DNA from: Octopus bimaculoides | Lineage: Eukaryota | Direction of reading: 5' to 3' | NCBI RefSeq assembly: GCF_001194135.2 | Contig: NC_068990.1 | Coordinates: 7,238,742-7,302,627, forward strand | DNA length: 63,886 bases | In this document: positions 60,480-63,886 of the stretch, in pieces | Layout: every line of letters starts with the position of its first letter | Position numbering within the stretch: the stretch's first letter is position 1 | Program-made: the position numbers and the translations under genes | Notes under the pieces: generated by a model | What the model saw: only the letters and a program-made list of their open reading frames with translations | Told to the model about the DNA's origin: nothing | The model's database searches: none

Positions 60480-61788
60480 CATTGAGGCAGCGAGCTGGTA
60501 GAATTGTTAACATGCTCGACGAAATGCTTAGTGGTATTTCGTTGTGTTCTGAGTTCAAATTCTACTGAGGTCGACTTTGCTTTTCATCCTTTCAGGGATC
60601 GATAAATTAAGTACCAGTGAAATACTGGGGGGGGAGGGTTTAGATGAAATTGACGAGTCCCCTCCCCCCAAATTTCAGGCCTTGTGCTTATTGTAGGAAG
60701 GACCACCACTACTACCACCATGGGCAAGTGTCTTCTACTATAGCCTCAGGCCGACCAAAGCCTTGTGAGTGGATTTGGTAGATGGAAACTGAAAGAAGCC
60801 CGTCGTGTATGTGTGTGTATATGTTTGTGTCTGTTGTTTGTCCCCCCAACATCGCTTGACAACTGATGGTGGTGTGTTTACGTCCCCGTAACTTAGCGGT
60901 TTGGCAAAAGTGACCGATAGAATAAGTACTGGGCTTACAAAGAATAAGTCCTGGGATCGATTTGCTCGACTAAAGGCGGTGCTCCAGCATGGCCGCAGTC
61001 AAATGACTGAAACAAGTAAAAGAGTAAAAGATTATATTTAATGTAGGGAACATTTAGAAATGATTATGCCAGAAGGGAAAGACAATATTGACCAACAACA
61101 ATTAAAACGTAATTTTAATTATTTCGGCAAAACGGATGATAACTCTGTGCATGTTTCAGTTATATTTATAACCTTATCAGCAAAGCCTTCCATTTCTTCG
61201 TGCCTACATAGTGATAGGAAAATCAGTATATAAAATGTACAAGATAATACACTAATTGAATAGAAATGTAGCTATTTTTGAGTTATTTAAGCATACCTGA
61301 AGTGCTCAGTTACAACTCATTAGATACATATTTCAAATTCCGCGTCGATAAAATGAAGTATTCGTCAAGTCCTGAAGTTCGGTTTGATCAAACAAGCCTT
61401 CACTATATTTGACCTTTTAATTAAATTAAAGACTCATTTTTCTGCAAAAAAAAAGGACGTGCTCCAAGGGAACTAATTCTAATGTTTCGAGTTATTCCCC
61501 TTGCATTTTCTTGCGTATAATTCTTTTGTTTAAAAACATGATTAATACTTTGACAAAAATTAAACTGGATTTTAGAGTAGTGGCTGTAAGTCTTTATTCA
61601 GTATGAAACACACAGACACACACACACGCGCATTTGTGTGTGTATGCATTAGTAATATTAATTTTCTTTTACTTTCTGCTTTTAGGACGACAAAGCAATT
61701 GCAGAGAAGAAATTGGAAGCTGCCAAACCTGCCCTTCTAGAAGCAGAATTGGCTTTACAGACCATCAAACCAGCACATATAGCAACAG
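8824..61788 (+). CDS. DNAH5: Axonemal outer-arm dynein heavy chain, DNAH5/DNAH8-like; partial gene, 22 internal exons
   Basis: Spliced translation is open throughout and matches the gamma-type DHC motor: [17 protein letters not shown] (AAA2), GEQGTAKT (AAA3), GVGGSGKQS (AAA4), then the stalk coiled coil. The family call is strong; DNAH5 versus DNAH8 cannot be resolved by eye. Confidence 0.93.
9337..9475 (-). mobile_element. Family D 3' fragment
   Basis: catcatcatcgattaacgtc...cagctggatgcccttcc. Confidence 0.8.
10071..10277 (-). mobile_element. tRNA-derived SINE family B
   Basis: Reverse complement of the GAGCTGGCAGAA...GAGTTCAAATTC...CCTTGTGCC element, flanked by TAA repeats. Confidence 0.8.
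10317..10870 (+). mobile_element. About 550-bp GC-richer segment ending in (AAT)n; probable non-LTR 3' piece
   Basis: Sharp compositional boundaries; TAA arrays on both sides (about 10278-10316 and 10871-10903); no ORF. Confidence 0.55.
11310..11417 (+). CDS. DNAH5: Dynein HC exon 2 (VDEDEPLF...AAICKQ)
   Basis: ctag acceptor, gtaagt donor, 108 nt; absent from the ORF track. Confidence 0.95.
11906..12205 (+). CDS. DNAH5: Dynein HC exon 3, AAA2 P-loop ([12 protein letters not shown]...GPSGSGKT...TLKSKK)
   Basis: tacag acceptor, gttagt donor, 300 nt. Confidence 0.96.
12346..12678. repeat. (CAT)n/(CAC)n compound microsatellite with N gap
   Basis: Directly visible. Confidence 0.95.
13250..13395 (+). 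mobile_element. Family D, degraded, sense orientation
   Basis: ttaggaagagcatccagctgcagaaac. Confidence 0.6.
13841..14233. mobile_element. 393-bp foldback/MITE-like element with 90-bp TIRs
   Basis: Arms 13841-13930 and 14144-14233 are reverse complements at 88/90 positions; no TSD visible. Confidence 0.88.
14000..14071 (+). ncRNA. tRNA-like sequence (CGT, Thr-like anticodon), degenerate, inside the foldback element
   Basis: D stem GTTT/AAAC, T arm GTGAG-TTCGAGT-CTCAT, acceptor-like GGCAGTT/GGCTGGC, loop CACGTAA, and T5 at 14081-14085. Confidence 0.6.
15731..15845. mobile_element. Deleted copy of the 48865 MITE family
   Basis: ATTTATCTCCCC...GGGGATAAAT termini, sharing ctcatggta...gtctgttctgacagaaca. 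Confidence 0.6.
16061..16182. mobile_element. Deleted copy of the 48865 MITE family
   Basis: Shares gcattttgcac...gagagtttctctc...ctaacagaacatcca...ttaagtgga. Confidence 0.65.
16668..17030 (+). mobile_element. SINE family A (diverged)
   Basis: Same modular order as 1786-2220. Confidence 0.8.
17056..17441 (+). mobile_element. SINE family A with duplicated head, tandem to the previous copy
   Basis: gtaggtgcaggagtggctgtgtagt followed by ataggcgcaatggtggctgtggtaagtagc. Confidence 0.88.
17566..17809 (+). CDS. DNAH5: Dynein HC exon 4 ([19 protein letters not shown]...WDPLLQ)
   Basis: ttcag acceptor, gtaacg donor, 244 nt, ends in phase 1. Confidence 0.96.
20058..20170 (+). CDS. DNAH5: Dynein HC exon 5 (AWLATKP...LCAKIQ)
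   Basis: ttctag acceptor, gtatgt donor, 113 nt; restores phase 1 to 0 and fills the expected gap in the protein. Confidence 0.85.
20691..20905 (+). mobile_element. SINE family B (diverged)
   Basis: ctggcagaatt...aaattctgccaaggtc...ggccttgtgccaagagtagaaag. Confidence 0.78.
21400..21660 (+). mobile_element. SINE family B with an internal 3x32-bp expansion
   Basis: ctggcagaaacgttagc...gagttcaaattc...ggccttgtgcctaaagtagaaaa. Confidence 0.88.
22547..24153 (+). mobile_element. Tc1-family (DD34E) DNA transposon, 1607 bp, IR/DR-type long TIRs, TA TSD
   Basis: TA|CAGTGGTGCCATTTAATTTAAGAAC ... GTTCTTAAATTAAATGGCGCCACTG|TA, with inverted arms of about 200-235 bp. Confidence 0.93.
22857..23891 (+). 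pseudogene. Disrupted Tc1 transposase
   Basis: MSKRQNL start, [24 protein letters not shown] and GYPTKY* end, with several stops and frameshifts. Confidence 0.92.
26034..26198 (+). CDS. DNAH5: Dynein HC exon 6 (LLECNYVAQ...LELDDRLK)
   Basis: tgcag acceptor, gttgta donor, 165 nt. Confidence 0.92.
27165..27420 (+). mobile_element. SINE family A, degraded
   Basis: ggccgtgtggttaagaagc...ccttgtgagtg...(TG)n...cttgacaac. Confidence 0.6.
27500..27820. mobile_element. MITE with about 40-bp TIRs continuing into (CA)n/(TG)n, TA-flanked
   Basis: TTGTTATACTTGGGGATGGCCATATTTTGCCAATTAAACACAC versus the reverse complement TTGTTATATTTGCAGATGGTCATATTTTGTCAATTAAACACAC. Confidence 0.75.
27909..28025 (+). CDS. 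DNAH5: Dynein HC exon 7 (LEEFWKEN...WEHWSQR)
   Basis: ttttag acceptor, gtaagt donor, 117 nt. Confidence 0.9.
28188..28722 (-). mobile_element. Family D, longest copy
   Basis: (CAT)n tail, GGAAGGGCATCCAGCTGTAG-type motif, two GGTGGCACRTAAAA stem-loops and a 100-bp-period duplication. Confidence 0.88.
29474..29675 (-). mobile_element. SINE family B
   Basis: cctttctactataggcacaaggcc...ctaacgattctagccagc. Confidence 0.82.
29725..30604 (+). mobile_element. Internally deleted mariner element, 880 bp
   Basis: TA|CAAGGTGGTATCAAAAGGTT ... AACCTTTTGACACTACCTCG|TA; [13 protein letters not shown]...GKSATET, EDDERSG and YSPDLAP; the region up to the first catalytic Asp is missing. Confidence 0.9.
30777..30917 (+). 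CDS. DNAH5: Dynein HC exon 8 (ITQYVYP...VLLIGEQ)
   Basis: gatag acceptor, gtaggt donor, 141 nt; first half of the AAA3 P-loop. Confidence 0.94.
31155..31536 (+). mobile_element. tRNA-derived SINE family C, full length, with TSD
   Basis: A box TGGCCCAGTGG, B box GTTTCGATTCC, 3' hairpins, CCAACA end; TSD ATTACTTAAT at 31142-31151 and 31537-31546. Confidence 0.93.
31700..32365 (-). mobile_element. DD37-spaced (maT-like) transposase remnant
   Basis: [10 protein letters not shown]...[17 protein letters not shown]...[15 protein letters not shown], with 37 residues between the 2nd and 3rd acidic residues; frameshifted. Confidence 0.8.
32366..32620 (-). mobile_element. 5' end of a mariner-like element
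   Basis: TA|TCAGGTTG-type terminus, then ATG at 32443 giving [22 protein letters not shown], a mariner-type N-terminus. Confidence 0.6.
33485..33595 (+). CDS. DNAH5: Dynein HC exon 9 (GTAKTVM...TPLMFQ)
   Basis: ctcag acceptor, gtaagc donor, 111 nt. Confidence 0.95.
34360..34545. repeat. Compound tetranucleotide repeat (CTAT/CCAT/CTGT)n
   Basis: Directly visible. Confidence 0.95.
34800..34985 (+). mobile_element. Family D variant, sense orientation
   Basis: ttaggaagggcatccagctgtagaaa...ccaacccatgc...atgatgatgat. Confidence 0.75.
35146..35398 (-). mobile_element. Family D
   Basis: Near-identical to 28188-28440 and 50369-50630. Confidence 0.9.
35688..35810 (+). CDS. DNAH5: Dynein HC exon 10 ([12 protein letters not shown]...EWGDQ)
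   Basis: ttcag acceptor, gtaata donor, 123 nt; AAA3 Walker B VFIDD. Confidence 0.96.
36288..36677 (-). mobile_element. SINE family C, full length, with TSD
   Basis: Reverse complement of the 31155 copy; TSD TCCTGGATAT at 36278-36287 and 36678-36687. Confidence 0.93.
38578..38820 (+). CDS. DNAH5: Dynein HC exon 11 (VTNEITRQ...GHFCK)
   Basis: tacag acceptor, gtacag donor, 243 nt. Confidence 0.95.
39085..39207 (+). mobile_element. RTE-type LINE AP-endonuclease fragment
   Basis: [40 protein letters not shown]. Confidence 0.85.
39290..39900 (-). mobile_element. RTE-type LINE ORF C-terminal remnant
   Basis: [20 protein letters not shown]...[15 protein letters not shown]...RVKGR. Confidence 0.82.
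40525..41428. repeat. Old foldback: diverged inverted arms around an AT-rich spacer
   Basis: 40525-40653 aligns with the reverse complement of 41333-41428 (cacagaa..agaatattct.aag.attgaac; cttaaaatattgct.ctgaagttagaat). Confidence 0.7.
43035..43187 (+). CDS. DNAH5: Dynein HC exon 12 (ERHFPE...[16 protein letters not shown])
   Basis: poly-T gtag acceptor, gtttgt donor, 153 nt. Confidence 0.95.
43428..43627 (-). mobile_element. SINE family B
   Basis: ggcacaaggcc...gaatttgaattcagaac...cagcttgccgcc. Confidence 0.78.
44655..44795 (+). CDS. DNAH5: Dynein HC exon 13 (GMLKSEAE...WFEKVCKE)
   Basis: ttcag acceptor, gtaata donor, 141 nt; an alternative in-frame donor is possible at 44784. Confidence 0.9.
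45025..45406 (+). mobile_element. SINE family C, full length, with TSD
   Basis: TSD ATTAGTGAAAAA at 45011-45022 and 45407-45418. Confidence 0.93.
45938..46340 (-). mobile_element. SINE family A, full length with 13-bp TSD
   Basis: TSD TTCTGTAATTTGA at 45925-45937 and 46341-46353. Confidence 0.92.
47129..47360 (-). mobile_element. SINE family B, 5'-truncated, 14-bp TSD
   Basis: TSD ATCAGCTTAATAAT at 47115-47128 and 47361-47374. Confidence 0.88.
47605..47698 (+). CDS. DNAH5: Dynein HC exon 14 (VAKEYFG...FLRDAPEAT)
   Basis: ttag acceptor, gtatgt donor, 94 nt, ends in phase 1. Confidence 0.93.
48865..49045. mobile_element. 181-bp MITE with about 50-bp TIRs
   Basis: ATATTTACCCCACTTAAAAATGGATGTTCTGTTA... 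versus the reverse complement ATATTTATCTCCACTTAAACATGGATGTTCTGTTA... Confidence 0.75.
50063..50211 (+). CDS. DNAH5: Dynein HC exon 15 (GEEADD...MDLVFFK)
   Basis: tgcag acceptor, gtgatt donor, 149 nt. Confidence 0.94.
50366..50710 (-). mobile_element. Family D, 5'-truncated, 30-bp duplication at the truncation
   Basis: (CAT)n tail; caacgatctcgctcgaatgtctttacat occurs twice at 50653-50710. Confidence 0.9.
50745..50854 (-). pseudogene. U6: Full-length U6 snRNA copy, probably a pseudogene
   Basis: Minus strand reads ATATCAGCTACGGCGGTACATATTCTAAAATTGGCGCGATACAGACAAGATTAGCATGGCCCCTGCGTAAGGATGACATGCAAATTCGTAAAGTGTTCCATA then T8. About 8 substitutions versus canonical U6 beyond the 5' stem, ACAGAGA changed to ACAGACA, no TATA near -30. 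Confidence 0.93.
51314..51468 (+). CDS. DNAH5: Dynein HC exon 16, AAA4 P-loop (DAMIHL...GVGGSGKQS...QITLT)
   Basis: aacag acceptor, gtaaga donor, 155 nt, ends in phase 2. Confidence 0.96.
52754..52907 (+). CDS. DNAH5: Dynein HC exon 17 ([11 protein letters not shown]...LATGE)
   Basis: gatag acceptor, gtaagt donor, 154 nt. Confidence 0.95.
53542..54323. mobile_element. Non-autonomous TIR element with 9-bp TSD (Mutator-like by TSD length); contains an assembly gap
   Basis: Perfect 27-bp TIR GATCTATTTTAAAACGGGGGCCACAGT; TSD AGAGAGCAC at 53533-53541 and 54324-54332; internal (CTAACC)3. Confidence 0.85.
54408..54572 (+). CDS. DNAH5: Dynein HC exon 18 (VANLFARDE...VLCFSP)
   Basis: ttcag acceptor, gtaggt donor, 165 nt. 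Confidence 0.95.
55314..55440 (-). other. Repeat fragment ending in a minimal hammerhead-like motif
   Basis: TTTGTCA-GTGAACA-G-GTCAT-GGTTTCAAA-GCAAT-GAAA-ATATTT-TGATAAA. Confidence 0.5.
55954..56142 (+). CDS. DNAH5: Dynein HC exon 19 ([14 protein letters not shown]...MGAYQ)
   Basis: ttcag acceptor, gttagt donor, 189 nt. Confidence 0.96.
56630..56786 (+). CDS. DNAH5: Dynein HC exon 20 (DIVSG...[10 protein letters not shown]...RMNT)
   Basis: ttcag acceptor, gtatag donor, 157 nt, ends in phase 1. Confidence 0.95.
57410..57640 (-). mobile_element. Family D, degraded
   Basis: ggcataggttagatgg...ggctggatgcccttcc. Confidence 0.65.
57870..58040 (-). mobile_element. RTE-like 3' end with (GAT)n tail
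   Basis: Purine-rich ...[12 protein letters not shown]... followed by GAT repeats. Confidence 0.5.
58777..59417. repeat. (TG)n microsatellite spanning an N gap
   Basis: Directly visible on both sides of the gap. Confidence 0.95.
59600..59810 (-). mobile_element. SINE family A, diverged 5' part
   Basis: cagtgggactgaa...cttcttaaccacacagccatg is the reverse complement of the head. Confidence 0.7.
59978..60183 (+). CDS. DNAH5: Dynein HC exon 21, stalk CC1 ([10 protein letters not shown]...VDAIS)
   Basis: tgcag acceptor, gtaagt donor, 206 nt. Confidence 0.96.
60485..60700 (+). mobile_element. SINE family B preceded by (ATT)n
   Basis: gaggcagcgagctggtagaa...gagttcaaattc...ggccttgtgc. Confidence 0.86.
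60721..61030 (+). mobile_element. SINE family A, 5'-truncated
   Basis: Starts at tgggcaagtgtc and ends in aagtaaaagagtaaaag. Confidence 0.9.
61686..61788 (+). CDS. DNAH5: Dynein HC exon 22 ([17 protein letters not shown]...HIAT)
   Basis: tttag acceptor, gtattt donor, 103 nt; absent from the ORF track in this frame. Confidence 0.95.
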
Positions 61789-62159
61789 GTATTTGTTACG
61801 TTTGGTTGTTTTTACCCTTATTGCTTATAATAGCACTTAAATCCCTGCATATACATCTAAATAAAAAATAGCTAACAATCTATTCTTCCAATCTTTCAGT
61901 CTCAGTAGTCACCATCTTTGACACAAAAGAACTGAGGCACATTAACACTGATTTCTTATCTAGACTATGACATATTTCGTCATTACTGTTTATTTTACAA
62001 GTGCTACACTTTAGCTTGTTTCAGGTAAGAAGTAGCCAGAAGATTGTCTGTGAAACGCTCTCTATGATGATCAACCATAAAGTTTACAGGAAAGAATTAT
62101 CTCCTTTGTAAATATTACACATATACATATACTCATGCATATGAACACTCATGTTCTAG

Positions 62160-62560
62160 TTCCTCAACCTACTCTTCAGCATTCAGAGTCCATGTCTCAC
62201 TACCATGGAGTATAGCCGTTTGCATACAAGCATCATATAGTCTACCTTTCACTCTGAGCGAGAGACCTTTTGTTGCCAACAGAGGTCTTTGAACTTCCTC
62301 CACCCAATTCTTAATGTAGAAACAATACATTCAGAGCATCCTCCACCATTGCTAATTTGGGTAACAGAAACTATCTACAACCTCAAGAGAGCCTCCTGGG
62401 CATTTGAGAGAGTCTAATTCTTGTGTGCTCTTAGAGATTATTGTTCCTGCACTTCTGCCGCATACAAAGACTACTTTATCTGTTAATCTACCTGTGGTAC
62501 CACTGCATCTTTTATGTGTCCATAGTTTTCCACTTCCCATCTATATTTTTTTACTAATAT
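62160..62560 (-). mobile_element. RTE-type LINE C-terminal remnant, same family as 39290
   Basis: GGSLEVVDSFCY...LSLRVKGRLYDAC...LHGSETW. Confidence 0.8.
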
Positions 62561-62635
62561 ATACATGCACACATACAGAACGCTTATGTCATCCTACGCA
62601 TAGATACAAATGCATGCGTACACACCTACTTACAT

Positions 62636-62782
62636 ATACACACACGCGTACACACACACACGCGTACACACACACACGCGTACACACACACGCGTACACA
62701 CACACACACGCGTACACACACACACACACACACACGCAGACACGCACACTCACGCACACGCACGCGCGCGCACATACACACA
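62636..62782. repeat. (CA)n/(CACGCGTA)-type compound repeat
   Basis: Directly visible. Confidence 0.9.
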
Positions 62783-63177
62783 GACACACTCGTTTATACA
62801 TAAATGCACACAGTTAAGAAACATCTCCATCCTAGGAGTTGCCACGATTCTTAGTCTCTGTATTCTAACTTTTCCCCAAATAACAGACACCATGGTGCCA
62901 TTTTTGGTTATTAATGATACAAATTAGCTTGTGAAAGACGCATCTAATTTATTTTTTGTTTTTTGGTCACTGTAGGTGTTCAAAGGGAAGGAATTAAGAA
63001 AATTAATGTTTCTTCAACGAAGGGGAGTAACTCCTCATGTTTTTATGTAACAAAAGCAGCATAAACATTTTATAAATATATTGATATGATAACCTCTATT
63101 AATGTGTTAACATATCTTTTATAGATAATAAATATGTTTACACATGCGTGCATATATGTGTGCATGTGTATTTGTGA

Positions 63178-63219
<42 letters not shown>

Positions 63220-63660
63220 TAATATAATACTGTACAAAGGACTTTCTATTTCTTGTTCTACTATACAAATGTATATACGAGTACATCTTGTTTGCTATCA
63301 AATACTGTTAGTCTATATATGCGTGTCTTTGCACTTGTGTTTGTCTCGTACTTGACAACCAGTGTTGGTTTATTTATGCTCCCAAAACTTAGTAGTTCAG
63401 CAACAAAAACTGATAGAAAAATGAAATAAGTACAGGGGTTAATTTGTTTGACCTACAATTTGTTCAATAACTGAAGAAGTCAAAGGTAAAAAGGTTTAAA
63501 TACTAACTAAGCAGATGAATATTTTCTTTAGAATTTGTCTAGAAATCTTTAAATGATGGAAATAAGGCTAGTCTTGTGAAAGACATCGTTTTAATAGATT
63601 AATATATCCACCACACACACACACACGCACTTGCACGCAGGCACACAAACATGCACCACA

Positions 63661-63810
63661 CATTTGTGTAGTGAGAAGTCTGCTTCCCAACCACATTGCT
63701 CTGGGTTCACTTCGTCTGTCTGGCAGTAGGTGTTCTCTACTATAGTCCTGGACCAACTACAGCCATGTGAGGTGGATTTGGTAGACAGAAACTGAAAGAA
63801 GTCCATCAAA
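63661..63810 (+). mobile_element. SINE family A, 5' part running into (ACGC)n
   Basis: cttcccaaccacat...ggatttggtagacagaaactgaaagaag. Confidence 0.75.
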
Positions 63811-63814
63811 AACA

Positions 63815-63822
63815 CACACACA

Positions 63823-63886
<64 letters not shown>
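63815..63886. repeat. (CA)n then (ACGC)n microsatellite
   Basis: Directly visible. Confidence 0.95.

Noticed and set aside
61460-63040. Short inverted AAGGGGA(A/G)TAACTC motifs about 1.5 kb apart
   Set aside because: Too short, with no TSD or extended arms, to call an element.

Overview
AT-rich, microsatellite-rich animal genomic DNA. The SINE repertoire suggests a cephalopod such as Octopus, but that is inference. The window holds 22 consecutive internal coding exons (+ strand, 8824-61788, 3466 nt, about 1155 aa, all GT-AG, frame continuous) of an outer-arm axonemal dynein heavy chain of the DNAH5/DNAH8 class. They run from the end of AAA1 through AAA2-AAA4 into the stalk; the start and stop codons lie outside the window. 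The introns contain four recurrent SINE-like families (A-D, my labels), decayed RTE-type LINE pieces, a Tc1 element with IR/DR ends, mariner and DD37-type remnants, several MITE/foldback elements, and a full-length but mutated U6 snRNA copy. The best candidates for something new are: (1) a minimal hammerhead-like motif with a compensatory G3-C8 core swap; (2) a 393-bp foldback element enclosing a tRNA-like Pol III unit; (3) a TIR element with a 9-bp TSD carrying telomere-type repeats; (4) inverted SINE pairs bracketing in-frame exon blocks; (5) a possible U6/retroposon chimera. All identities were judged by eye; no searches were run.
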